From: Scyliorhinus canicula
Taxonomy: Eukaryota
DNA: 64,000 nt
Direction of reading: 5' to 3'
Assembly: GCF_902713615.1 (NCBI RefSeq)
Contig: NC_052156.1
Coordinates: 165,970,789-166,034,788 of the forward strand
Each line of letters begins with the position of its first letter. Positions within the stretch are counted from its first letter, which is position 1. Shown piece by piece: positions 1 through 11,803 of this stretch. The translations under genes and the position numbers were made by a program. Under the pieces are notes generated by a model that did not search any database, was not told where the DNA came from, and saw nothing but the letters and a program-made list of their open reading frames with translations.

Positions 1-420
1 GGACAATTATGATTACTATTGACTTCACTGAGGGTGGAGATGTGCTTAGTTTCACTCTCCATGGATTCAAATCAAGAACGATTCAGATAGAGCCGATGGA
101 AATAAACTATTTCCAATGGCTGAAGAGTTGATCACGAGGAGACCCAGATGTAAGGGGATTGGCTAATGAACCAGAAGTAAAGAAACACCTCTTTAACATG
201 TCAGTTAGGGAGGATTCAGAAGTGCCGGAGAGGATGCCGATTCAATTGTAGCCTTTGTTCATGCTCAAATCCTGTTACAATGAAGTGTAGGCTCCAGTTG
301 TAAGTGAGAGCAGCTATTACTAATTGGGGGAAGTTTTGGGCATTATTTTTTGGTGTATAATAATAACCTTGCCCCTCCCTTGAGGTGAGGTGATCCTCAG
401 GTTAAATCAGCGCCAGTCAG

Positions 421-648
421 GCGGCACAGTGGCGCAGTGGTTAGCACTGCTGCCTCATGGCACTGAGGACCCGGGTTCGATCCCGGCCCCGGGTCACTGT
501 CCGTGTGGAGTTTGCACATTCTCAAAGTGTCTGCGCGGGTTTCACCCCCACAACCTAAAGATGTGCAGGCTGGGTGGACTGGCCACGCTAAATTGCTCCT
601 TAATTGGAAAAAAGTAATAATAATTTGGTACTTGAAATTGAAAAACAA
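421..648 (+). mobile_element. tRNA-derived V-SINE, short A-tailed type
   Basis: A/B boxes, V-domain; 17-bp TSD AAATCAGC(G/A)CCAGTCAG at 404-420 and 649-665. Confidence 0.9.
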
Positions 649-726
649 AAATCAGCACCAGTCAGCTCTCCCTCTGAAAGGGGAAAGCAGCCTGTGGTCA
701 TCTGGGTTGATGCCGACTTTATTTAC

Positions 727-894
727 TTTATTAGTCGTTGATTCTATAACCACAATCTGCGGATTCAGTGCAATCATTTCTTGAGATAAGAAGGTCGAAG
801 GAGGAGGTGCTGTTTCATTCACTTTCCTCCTTGACTGCTCCTCTTCTCCCACATTCGCTACTGATGTATGTGAAATGAGAATAACTGCTTTCCT
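727..894 (-). CDS. Possible FAM107B downstream exon (RKAVILISH...IESTTNK)
   Basis: Open 56-codon phase-0/0 frame between ttgcacAG and GTAAAT. No recognised homology, and the donor overlaps a SINE tail. Confidence 0.2.
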
Positions 895-1127
895 CTGTGC
901 AACTAGAATAAAATTCCTTTGACTTTCCTTTAAACATGACCCACTACACCAATGCCTGGTCTACTTATTATAAAACAGTCCAAATCTGACAATTCAGGAA
1001 AGTGAATATTTTATATTATGATTCCATTGATTTTGACTGAGGATAATTATAAAAACAGGAAATCAAATTGAAATGCTCGACTTGGGGTATCAATAAAAGC
1101 GCTGAATGTTTCCCAATCAAATACATA

Positions 1128-1786
1128 GGATGGCATGTTAGCATAGTGGTTAGCACTGTTGCATCATAGCGCCAGGGACCTGAGTTCGATTCCCGGTTTG
1201 GGTCACTGTCTGTCTGGAGTCTGCACATTCTCCTCGTGTCTGCGTGTGTTTCCTCCGGGTGCTCCGGTTTCATTGAACATAGAACAGTACAGCACAGAAC
1301 AGGCCCTTCGGCCCTCGATGTTGTGCCGAGCAATGATCACCCTACTCAAACCCACGTATCCACCCTATACCCGTAACCCAACAACACCCCCCTTAACCTT
1401 ACTTTTTAGGACACTACGGGCAATTTAGCCTGGCCAATCCACCTAACCCGCACATCTTTGGACTGTGGGAGGAAACCGGAGCACCCGGAGGAAACCCACG
1501 CACACACGGGGAGGACGTGCAGACTCTGCACAGACAGTGACCCAGCCGGGAATCGAACCTGGGACCCTGGAGCTGTGAAGCATTTATGCTAACCACCATG
1601 CTACCGTGCTGCCCGTTTCCTCCCACAAATCCCGAAAGACGTGCTGTTAGATAATTTGGACATTCTGAATTCTCCCTCCGTGTACCCGATCAGGTGCCGG
1701 AATGCAGCGACTCGGGGCTTTTCACAGTAACTTAATTGCAGTGTCAATGTAATCCTATTTGTGACATGAATAAAGATTATTATTAT
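1128..1786 (+). mobile_element. V-SINE interrupted by an antisense HE1-like V-SINE (1272-1613)
   Basis: Host resumes at GTTTCCTCCCACAAATCC after the insert; GTTTC duplicated. Confidence 0.88.
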
Positions 1787-2162
1787 TTGGATTGGGTGAC
1801 ACAATGGACTCGTTACTGGCTCTTACATTCTGATGAGGCATTAACTGGAGCTGCTTCCTGTGAACTGTGTTTGAGAAGCTCCAATACTGCTCTGATTGGG
1901 GAGTTTCCTCCGGCTACATTTCACCTGGTGCTGATGAAGGATTCGCAAACTCATTCAGACAATCTGGGATAGTCGGTGTGGGAGATGGTGCAAAGGGAGC
2001 AGCTACCTGAGCTACCAAGATGGGAGAGAGGGAGCGTGAGAGTGCACAGAGATTGAGAATAAACCCATGGTTGTTTCAAGGGTGAAAGTGTCCTAACCTC
2101 CAGCAGGAACGAAGTGCATTTAGCCTGTAACTAAGCACGGGTTAAATGGATGATATACTCAC

Positions 2163-2474
2163 CGTAGTTTGTGTCGGCCTTATGGCTTGCAGCTGGAGTT
2201 GCTTGGGTTCGGTTTCTCCATTGCTTGAGACCGGTTCCAGACTCTCGAGTTTGTCGCCATTAGTACCATTGCTGATATCATTGGAGGTGATATTAGGAAT
2301 ATCAAACTCTGTTGGCTTCACACCAGGTTGCACACGGATGGTTTCTGGTTGAATACAAACACATTCCCATTGTTCCCCACTGGCTCTGCACTTGCAGCCA
2401 GGCTGATCGGGAGGAACGTTCTCCCCGCCGTTTCCAAAACAGTGGAATAAGCTGGAGCAGGGGAAAGGATGCAT
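2163..2474 (-). CDS. FAM107B: FAM107B long isoform, first coding exon (104 codons, phase-0 donor)
   Basis: ATG at 2474 gives MHPFPCSSLFHCFGN...TIRVQP..., matching the remembered human long-isoform N-terminus (MHPFPCSALLACFGN...TVRVQP). Ends at donor ACG|GTGAGT (2162). Syntenic with CDNF/HSPA14. Confidence 0.8.
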
Positions 2475-3039
2475 TCTCCCGCAGTTAATAAGACAGAGCT
2501 CCTCAGCAATGTGAGGACATCTTTCGGACAAGGAAACTTGTTTGGCTCATTAGATCCACCCACTGCAGAGTAAATAGAAGGCTTTACAGAAACTTATAGG
2601 ATGTTCCGCACAAAGGTGTTCCCCTGTCCAGCCTGAGGGTATCAGCTGTAGGAGAAGCAACAGGAGATTACCGATCTGAACGAACATGATAGTCTCAAGT
2701 GTATCTGATCTGTCAAGTCATTAAACCCAACAATATCAGATCAGTGATATTATTCCTGAAAAACAATTCTCGGATTACAGACTTTAAATATTTAATTTCT
2801 AAAATAAAGAAAACATTTATCTATCATTCACACGGATCTAAAAGTTACTTTCAAGTTTGGGCAGGTCATTTATATTTAATGGTGACAATGACCAGCTGAG
2901 GAATGCATTGTGTTGATAGAGAAACACACGATATAACAGCATAGTTTGGCCTTGTTCATTTTCTTCCCTCTCTGTCCAACTATACAACTTAGAAATCCAT
3001 TTATTTAGCACCTTTTGGAGCTCAGACAGTGAAGCGCTT

Positions 3040-3115
3040 CTGAAGTTTTGACATTGTTGTAATGTAGGAAATGCTGCAGCCAATTTCTGCACAGCAAGCT
3101 CCCAAAAACAGTAAT
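3040..3115 (-). mobile_element. Deu-SINE (SacSINE1/AmnSINE-like) fragment
   Basis: TGTAATGTAGGAAATGCTGCAGCCAATTT...CACAGCAAGCTCCCA, Deu-domain-like. Confidence 0.6.
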
Positions 3116-3144
3116 ACCATAATGGTCCTGTGTTTTATTGCTGA

Positions 3145-3650
3145 ATAAAGTGGCCTGCTGTCAAAGCTTGTCGACTACCACTCATCAGGTCAGCTCGCAA
3201 GGCATTTCCAACAGTGACAGGGCACAACAATATATAACAGTTGAGAGGAGGGTGCTGATTGGTTGCTAAGTGCACTCTGATTTGTGGAGGCATTGAAATG
3301 GAGAAGGCAGCATGGAACAGTTAACTGCCCAGCTTTGTTCAAATTCAAACCTGGCAGGTCGACTCTAACTGGTTAAGGCATTGCTCTGAGGAATGAACCA
3401 GGGAATGGCTGACCCCTAAACAATTGTTTCGTTGGAAAGGACGCAATGTGCAGACATGTTCTTTCTGTGTGCAAAGGGTAGGGCCCCCTTGTAGGAATGC
3501 ATGTGGCTTCCAGCGTATGGAAACGGGCCACACTGCGAGCCCAACTGAGTGTAACTGTTAGTGTAATTTTTAGTACAGCAAATGCTGCCCAATTGTGCAG
3601 TCACATCTAATGTTGGTCAATGTGTTTTGAATTTTGCAAGTACGGCTGTT
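3145..3650 (-). mobile_element. Penelope-like element 3' fragment (decayed GIY-YIG C-terminus plus hammerhead remnant)
   Basis: Frameshifted IGQHLL...ARSVA..LEA..PxLCTQKEHV; CTGATGA...AAGCTT remnant near 3160-3190. Confidence 0.65.
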
Positions 3651-3939
3651 TGGGTGCGGTCAGTACATTTCCTGTTGCAAACAGCTAAATGGATGTGACG
3701 TTTGATATGATCTGCCAATCATTGGGATGTATGGTCTACATACCTGACATCATACAGGCATTGAAATTCATATACCACGTTATTAATTTGTACAGTCGGC
3801 AGAACATCTTCTTGGCACTCTCAGCACTGGCCAGCTTTAATGTTTTGCCACAGGAAAGTGCTTTAGGAATAAATCTTAGTGCAGCCTAAAATAGTCTTGT
3901 GACTAATGCATGCATATAAAAGCTTGATTTTAATCTTGG

Positions 3940-4188
3940 ATTCATAGAATACCAACAGTATTGTATTGGAGGCCATTCAGTCCATTTAGTCTGCACTAGC
4001 CCGTGGGAAGAACCACCACACCCCCATCCTGTTCCCATAACCCAGTAACCCCACCTAATCTTCTGGACACTAGTGGGCAATTTATCATGGCCAATCCAAC
4101 TAACCTGCACATCTTTGGACCGTGGGAGGAAACCGGAGTACCCGGAGGGAACGCACGCACACACGGGGAGAAAATGCAAGCTCCACAT
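3940..4188 (-). mobile_element. V-SINE, 5'-truncated
   Basis: V-domain and CR1-like tail. Confidence 0.8.
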
Positions 4189-4762
4189 GGTGTTTAATAT
4201 TAAAATGAAAACGAACACCATGAGAATGAGTGTGATTTGCTGTTCCCTTACATACTGCGTTTGCCCACATAAAATGCCCAATTGAACTGAATCGAGAGGC
4301 AGACTTTCAGCAAGAGATGCCTTTAAAGGTGATCAGCTTGATCCTTCACAAGGATATTCTTGATTCTGAAATTATCAAGCATCATGGACTCTTATCTTCC
4401 AGGGAAGGTGCCCTGGACGCCGACCATATTATCTTTCTTCTCACCTAACCTCATACTGCTCCTTCCATCTTGGCACCACAGGGACTTTGGTTGCCAGAAT
4501 CTTCTTTCACTTCCACAGAGATTCTCTTCCCTGCCATTACATTTAACATGCTTTTCTCCCTATACAGTTAGGAAAATTGGGAATCATTTAAACTCCCTTC
4601 CCTCAAACCCCACGGAGATGCTTACAGGAAGATCTGGCCTGCCTTCCTTTCCATCCGCCTGTGCATTCAAACCACTCCACCCTCTGTTTGTCAAACTCCT
4701 CATCTCAGTCCCAGCAGAGGCTGTGAATACAAAGTGAAGGAGGTCTGGGAACCTCAGTGATG

Positions 4763-5090
4763 TCAGGTTTATTGAACTAATAGCACAGTTAGCACAGTTC
4801 TCTGTGAGTTTGACTCTCTGCTAACTGATGTGTGGTTACTCTGTCTGATTGAACCAGACTAGCTCTTAGCCACGTGGTGGAGGTGTCAGATTGTAACAAC
4901 ACCCTTGACTGACTCTCTAGGTGTTCATCAGTGGAAAGAGGCGGAGTGTGAGTGCCTCGTGTCTTTTATAGTCAGATCCCACCCCTGAGTGTCCTGCCTG
5001 CTTATTGGTCATGTCCTGTTCTCTGTGTCCATTAGCTGCTTGTCTGTGCCTGTCTCTATATCATTATGTGTGTGTCAGCACATCATGGCA
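4763..5090 (-). mobile_element. Partial LTR, same family as 18137-18526
   Basis: High identity to the solo LTR at 18137-18526. Confidence 0.85.
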
Positions 5091-6090
5091 GACAGAACCT
5101 CTCCACTGACCCCTGGTGGTGAATTTGACTTTCTCCAAGTGTCGGAATGACATTAAGTTACCCAACCAGGCAGAGGCATTGGGCAGAACGGACAATCTCC
5201 AAACAAGCAGCATTCGCCTCCGGACTATCAGTGGGGCAAAGGCAAAACCATTCGCCATTCGCCTCTACCCCAGACTCAATCGCCAGCAAATCTGACACCC
5301 CAAATATGGTGACCAGCGGACACGGGTCTAGGTTCACAGGGAGTATCTCCAACATGGTTTAAAGAATGAAGCCCAGAAGACCATGGTTTGGGGCAGGATC
5401 AGAAAATATGCGTGTGACTATCCAGGCCAAGAGAACGGCGATCACACCGATCCTCAACATTTGGGGGAAACCCACTCATCCTTGCCCTAGTCAAGTCCGT
5501 CCTGTATAGTACCTTAAACTTAATTAGGCTTAACCAAACACATGATGACGTGGTGTTGACCCTGTGAAGGGTCTTGCTCCAATCCTCACCAGTAAGAATA
5601 AGGCTCAATTCACTTTCCCATTTCATCCTCACACTGCTTAAGGGAGCAGAATCCGATGAGAGAATATGGCCGTATAGATCCAAAACAGACCCCTCGCCTG
5701 GCCAAACCAGGGAGAGAACCCTCTTCATTAAGGAAGAAGATGAAGCCAAAGGAAAGGAAGGAGACGTTGTGAACTTGAAAATACCGAAAAAGGCTGGAGT
5801 TGGGTAGTTGGTTTATCAGCTGACTCCCTAGAAATGGCAAACCTCCCCTCCACGAAACGCTCCAGACCCTTCACTCTCCACGATTGTTGGGTCCAGACCA
5901 GACGGTAGGAAAAGGTGATTATTACAAATAGGGGCAATGGGAGACGGGGAAAGGAGATTAAAGAGCTGTCTAAACTGCTTCCAAACCCGAAGAAAAAATG
6001 GTGCAGTAACTATGGCAAGAAGAGTAGAAGTGGTCCGGGGGCAGGACTCCAAATAGGACTGCCTGAAGAGCCTCACACTGTATGGAAGGG
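5091..6090 (-). mobile_element. L1/Tx1-like LINE ORF2 3' fragment, decayed
   Basis: KWE.EL...W...SSC..LSLI.FKVL.R and zf-RVT-like motifs; related to 24101-25778. Confidence 0.8.
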
Positions 6091-6110
6091 CTATGATGTG
6101 GAGATGACAG

Positions 6111-6139
6111 CCTAACCCTAACCCTAACCCTAACCCTAA
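6111..6139 (-). repeat. Interstitial telomeric repeat, about five TTAGGG units
   Basis: CCTAA(CCCTAA)4 on the plus strand. Confidence 0.9.
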
Positions 6140-6164
6140 TCTTTCGACGCACTGCTCCTAAGGA

Positions 6165-7086
6165 AGGAGAAGGATGGGTGAGTAAATTTGCAGACGACAC
6201 TAAAGTCGGTGGAGTTGTAGACAGTGCGGAAGGATGTTGCAGGTTACAGAGGGACATAGATAAGCTGCAGAGCTGGGCTGAGAGGTGGCAAATGGAGTTT
6301 AATGTGGAGAAGTGTGAGGTGATTCACTTTGGAAAGAATAACAGGAATGCGGAATATTTGGCTAATGGTAAAATTCTTGGTAGTGTGGATGAGCAGAGGG
6401 ATCTCGGTGTCCATGTACATAGATCCCTGAAAGTTGCCACCCAGGTTGATAGGGTTGTGAAGAAGGCCTATGGTGTGTTGGCCTTTATTGGTAGAGGGAT
6501 TGAGTTCCGGAGCCATGAGGTCATGATGCAGCTGTACCAAACTCTGGTACGGCCGCATTTGGAGTATTGCGTACAGTTCTGGTCGCCTCATTATAGGAAG
6601 GACGTGGAAGCTTTGGAACGGGTGCAGAGGAGATTTACCAGGATGTTGCCTGGTATGGAGGGAAAATCTTATGAGGAAAGGCTGATGGACTTGAGGTTGT
6701 TTTCGTTAGAGAGAAGAAGGTTAAGAGGTGACTTAATAGAGGCATACAAAATGATCAGAGGGTTAGATAGGGTGGACAGCGAGAGCCTTCTCCCGCGGAT
6801 GGAGGTGGTTAGCACGAGGGGACATAGCCTTAAATTGAGGGGTAATAGATATAGGACAGAGGTCAGAGGTGGGTTTTTTACGCAAAGAGTGGTGAGGCCG
6901 TGGAATGCCCTACCTGCAACAGTAGTGAACTCGCCAACATTGAGGGCATTTAAAAATTTATTGGATAAGCATATGGATGATAAGGGCATAGTGTAGTTAG
7001 ATGGCCTTTAGTTTTTTTTTTTCCATGTCGGTGCAACATCGAGGGCCGAAGGGCCTGTACTGCGCTGTATCGTTCTATGTTCTATG
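6165..7086 (+). mobile_element. CR1/HER1-like LINE 3' end with intact RT C-terminal ORF (6178-6996)
   Basis: SKFADDTK, RPHLEYCVQFWSP, RRLRGDLIE motifs; (GTTCTAT) tail; 6-bp TSD TAAGGA at 6159-6164 and 7087-7092. Confidence 0.93.
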
Positions 7087-7199
7087 TAAGGAGCTGCGCT
7101 CCAAAAGCCAGTGATTCGAAACAAACCTGTTGGACTTTAACCTGGTGTTGTAAGACTTCTTACTGTATGGAAGGGGAGATTGATTTGGACCGATTTGAT

Positions 7200-9000
7200 T
7201 GCATATTGTCGTCTATGGAGAAATGCCGGCCCGTAGACATATGGGTGGAATTTCTTCACCCCAAAAATAACAGACAATCCTTCTCTTTTGATCTGAGAAG
7301 TATCTTTCCGCATCTGCCAAAGTTCTGGATGCATCTGCTATAGGTCCCTCTGTGCCATTGATAGGTAAGGACAACCCCGACTCCAGATGGAGAGGCATCA
7401 CACGTTAATACCAGTTCCCTATTGGGGTCGTAATGAGCCAGGATGTTTGATGATAGTAACTGCGGCTTCACTTCCACAAAGGCTTCAGTCTGCGACACCT
7501 GCCATGCCCATTTCTGGTGTGTTTTTAACAGTGTGTGTAGGGCTGACAATAAAATGGCCAAGTTTCGGATAAATTTCCCATAGTAGTTTACGAGGCATGG
7601 GAAAGATTTTAATTATGTTGTATTTTGCCGGATCGAGGCCTTAACTTTATCCTTCACAGTGTTGGCCCTTTTTTATCAACTTGGTATCCTGGGTAGATCA
7701 CTTGGCCTGCCTGGAACAGACACTTTTCTGATTCGAGACAGAAAATCATCTCAAAACCGCCTCCATCTTCACTGGGTGCTCTTGTTTCGTGGCCCATGTG
7801 ATTAGTGCGTCATCTAAGTATTCTGCCACCTTAGGCAGTCCTTGGAGAATGTTCTACATCAGGCGTTGACAAATGGTGATGTCAATGATTCTCTAAAGGG
7901 CAGGCGTGTATATTCATATAAACCCTTATCGGTGTTAATTATTGTGTACTTTCTGGATGACTCATTTAATTCTAGCTGGAGATAGGCATGGGTCATATCT
8001 AGTTTGGTGAAAGCTCCCCCCTGCCAGTTTGACATGTAGATTTCCTATGCATGGCATGCGGCACCAATCTAAATGTGAGGCTTTATTAACCGTTAGTTTA
8101 TGGCCCCCACAAAAGTGGACCGACTTGTCGGGCTTGATGACAGGGACTACTAGTGCAACCCACTCTGTAAACTACACTGGTCGTATTATCATGAGGGTCT
8201 CTAACGGCTTGCGTTCAGTCTCTACTTTGTTAAGTAAAGCATATGGGACTGGCCGTGCCTTGAAATATTTGGGTCGGGTGCAGGGTCCACATAAATCTTT
8301 GCCCTTGAACCCTTTATTCCACCAAAGTCTTCTTGGAATGCCTCAGGATAGTTGCCAATAACCTCGTAGAGTCCACCGGTTCATAGTTTAAAAATCTGTA
8401 GCCAGTCCAAATGGATCCTTTGGAGCCAGTCCCTGCCCAAGAGCCTGGGTCCTGATCCTGGAACAACTATGAGCGGCAGTCGGGCCATCTGCTGCCCAGA
8501 AGTAACCGGGGTCATCGTGGTCCCCACAATCTTCAAATGTTCCCCTGTATATGTGGCCAACCTGGCCCCTGTGTCTCTCAGGCCGAGGGGCAAGATTCCC
8601 ATCTGGAGAAGCCGGAAGGTCTATTCCCCGATGTTGGGGACCGCAATTCCCGTATCCACCTCCGTTCCTGGGAATTGGCTGTTGACCAAATGTTATCTTT
8701 ATCGGGGCAACCTCCGGGGTGATAATACAGTTTACTTGCATCCTTTCGTCCTCTACAGGCTGATAGACTTGCAAGGCCCAGGCCTGAGGTGGCTTTGGCT
8801 TCCGGCCTGGGCGACACGCGTACTGCCAATTCTGGCACACTGGCACAAGTTCTGGCCACACTTATAGCAGCAGCCTTGCGGCTGACACACGTAATCCTCT
8901 GGGGAGGCTTCCCTGGTTATCCGGCGTTCCTTTGAGATGCCAGAATATCCTGGCTGAATGCTGAGTTGGTGATGGGTGAGGTACCCAAAACCCTGACAAG
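7200..9000 (-). mobile_element. Gypsy-like LTR retrotransposon internal fragment (gag knuckle, protease, RT, RNase H), decayed
   Basis: CYKCG, EVDTG, LLGRDWL, YLDD (~7815), TCDAS..GVG.VL and FGVKKFH motifs in gag-pol order. Confidence 0.88.
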
Positions 9001-9225
9001 CTGCAGCTGGGCCCAAGCTAAGCTACACGCTCACGTCTTAGGCTGTGAGATTTAAATCCACAGATTTCTAATTCGCAGGAAAATGTACAATTAACTGTGG
9101 CAAATCGCTGTTGCCCACCACACCAAATAATCTTATGCATCCAATCTTCTTCAGACAACACAATAGGACACAGCCAGAGATACATCCAATGTGGACAGGC
9201 TTCTCCTGACTTCGATCCAGGCAGG

Positions 9226-9414
9226 TGAAAATGAAATGAAATGAAAATTGCTTATTGTCACGAGTAGGCTTCAATGAAGTTACTGTGAAAAGCCCCTAGT
9301 CGACACATTCCGGCGCCTGTCCGGGGAGGCTGGTACGGGAATTGAACCGTGCTGCTGGCCTGCTTGGTCTGCTTTAAAAGCCAGCGATTTAGCCGAGTGA
9401 GCTAAACCAGCCCC
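9226..9414 (-). mobile_element. Short tRNA-derived SINE without V-domain, (TTTCA)n tail
   Basis: GGGGCTGGTTTAGCTCA...GGTTCAATTCC head plus CAGGCGCCGGAATGTG...GACAATAAG tail. Confidence 0.85.
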
Positions 9415-9514
9415 TGTTAAAACTCAATATCAGGAGTGGGACTCAATATCAGGTGCAGGGAACATGCCAGAACCTTGGAGAAGTGTGTGTCGAGGGATAG
9501 CAACAGAAAAGTCA

Positions 9515-9688
9515 ATTCCAGAATTCTCCATTGGGATTCTCTGTTCCTGCCGGCAGTGCACCCCCACCCCAGGAATATCCCGGCGGTGTGGGGTGGCTAC
9601 AATGGGAAATCCCATTGACAGAGAATCCCGCTGCCAGCGAATGGAGCACCATCGAGAAACACGGCTGGGGGACCGGGGAATCCAGCCC
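9515..9688. mobile_element. Harbinger-type MITE fragment
   Basis: GAATTCTCC...GGGGAATCCAGCCC ends resembling 23188-23777. Confidence 0.55.
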
Positions 9689-10493
9689 AATGATTATCTG
9701 TGAGCCACACAGATATCAGAAGGTTTCTGCCCCTGGTTATGGTCTATTCTTTATTCAGTGCATCAAGCTTGAAGCAAAATCTCTTTCTGAAATAATGAAT
9801 AAAAAATGCAATAAACAGAGACTCCCTTGTATTTGTCTCCCCTCTTTCCCATTCCCCGGACAGGCGCCGGAATGTGGCGATTAGGGGCTTTTCACAGTAA
9901 CTTCATTGAAGCCTACTCGTGACAATAAGCGATTATCATTATCATTGATTCTGATCATTTCCCAGCCTCAGCCAATTTGTGAATGTGGTATTCCCCAACA
10001 GGCCAGCTAGCTCCAGTTTATGTTTGAAAAGATATAAACCAGTGTGACATTTTCCATTTCCTGCACCAGCCGTTCTGTGAGATTGCCAATTTAATACCGG
10101 TCTTGGGACCTCAGGGACTACACTGGGGATCTATGAAACTATTTTCAGGCTGAGCCTCTGCCGAAAGCAGACAGGAGACTTTCATTTCATCTTTCTGAAT
10201 TGGACTCAAGCCCAGAACCAAGGGTCAAAGGCCACAGCCTAACCCACTGCTCCACCCAGCATTCATCTTTAATCAAAGTTTCCACCGCTTGAACTTACTT
10301 CTTGACCCCTTGGCATTACAGTTAGCTTGTTAAAGATAGAGCACTGTGGTTGAAATTTAAATATAAATATTGGCTGTTTTATATGAAGGCAAAGACTGCC
10401 TTGCTGTAAAATTTATTATGAATTACCTGGCTTCTCTAACATGCTGTGATGCATCAGAATGTAATGATCTATAGACTGACGTGATCATCATCT

Positions 10494-11803
10494 TGTCACA
10501 ACCCCCTGGGTTAGTGTGTGGTTTATTCCAGCTCCACTTGACCCAGAGTCGCAACACAAGTGAAATAAGGTTTTATTTAAAATACTCAAGGTCCTTGGCT
10601 GAGCCAATAAACTACAGTTTGTAACTTCAACACATAAGTAACCTTGTACTCTGTAGGTATTATAACCAACAGAATGTAACTGGCTACCTCTTTTCCAAAC
10701 CCCGCCTTCATTAACTCACCCCACTCTTTACACAGACACACACAGGCAAACAACAGAAGGGAACGAATGATTGAGAGGTGAAGAACGTATTCATAAAATA
10801 AAAGGCTAAGGATCTTTGATGCACTGGGATGATTTCCGGTTAATGTCTTTCTGAAGTTCAGCTTTCTTTTTAGTGCTTCTTCCTTCTCGGCTGGAGATGG
10901 TTTTCTCCAGCACGGTTGTCTACATTTGCTGCAGACTCAGCATCATCCCACTGCTTTGGGAATCTCCAATCAGTCTCTCACTTCAGCCAGCAGGAGAGAG
11001 AGAGAAAGAGATTGCGTTCCTTCTCCTTCCAGGCTCAGTCCACTCAGAAGCCGGGGCAGCGCGGTAGCATTGTGGTTAGCACAATTGCTTCACAGCGCCA
11101 GGGTCCCAAGTTCGATTCCCGGCTCGGGTCACTGTCTGTGCGGAGTCTGCACGTTCTCCCCGTGGGTTTCCTCCGGGTGCTCTGGTTTCCTCCCACAGTC
11201 TAAAGAAATGAAATGAAATGAAAATCGCTTATTGTCACAAGTAGGCTTCAAATGAAGTTACTGTGAAAAGCCCCCTAGTCGCCACATTCCGGCGCCTGTT
11301 CGGGGAGGCTGTTACGGGAATCGAACCGTGCTGCTGGCCTGCCTTGGTCTGCTTTCAAAGCCACGATTTAGCCCAGTGCTACGTGCAGGTTAGGTGGACT
11401 GGCCATGCTAAATTGCCCTTAGTGTTGGCTGGGGTTACAGGGATAGGGTGGAGGTGTGGACCTTGGGTAGGATGCTCTTTCCAAGAGCCGGTGCAGATTC
11501 GATAGGCCGAATGGCCTCCTTCTGCACTGTAAATTCTATGATAATAAAGCGTCACGCAGGAACCAATCACTGATCGTTGTCGGGCAGAACACTGTCCCTT
11601 CCCAACCCAACGGTTGCCAGTTAGCCAATTGAACCGGCTTCCTTTCAGATTCAGATTCCTTTCTCCAAAAACGAAACCTTGGAACACAGGGTCCTGGCCA
11701 GCAGGCTGTTTCAACTGAGTCTCCTGCTTAAAGGCACATGGATCCAAAAATAATAAAATAAAATAAATAGGAACAAAGGAAATAAACAGAAAGGACTCTT
11801 ACA
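10494..11803 (-). mobile_element. Solo LTR (TG...CA) containing nested SINEs
   Basis: Both ends match, in reverse complement, those of 37682-39023. Confidence 0.75.
11054..11541 (+). mobile_element. V-SINE interrupted by an antisense short tRNA SINE (11204-11379)
   Basis: Host resumes at CGTGCAGGTTAGGTGG. Confidence 0.85.

Larger units (their letters stand above)
6091..7161. mobile_element. Composite insertion: inverted Penelope-derived mini-element with telomeric repeats, itself split by a CR1
   Basis: 14-bp TSD ACTGTATGGAAGGG at 6077-6090 and 7162-7175; element pieces at 6094-6159 and 7088-7161. Confidence 0.75.

Noticed and set aside
421-500. tRNA genes at the SINE heads
   Set aside because: A/B boxes run straight into SINE bodies; no complete cloverleaf is evident.
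6178-6996. 272-aa ORF as a host gene
   Set aside because: C-terminus of a CR1 reverse transcriptase in a 5'-truncated copy with a TSD.
4763-9000. Partial LTR plus Gypsy internal region as one provirus
   Set aside because: Separated by L1 and CR1 pieces; no PPT/PBS junction, integrase or second LTR links them.
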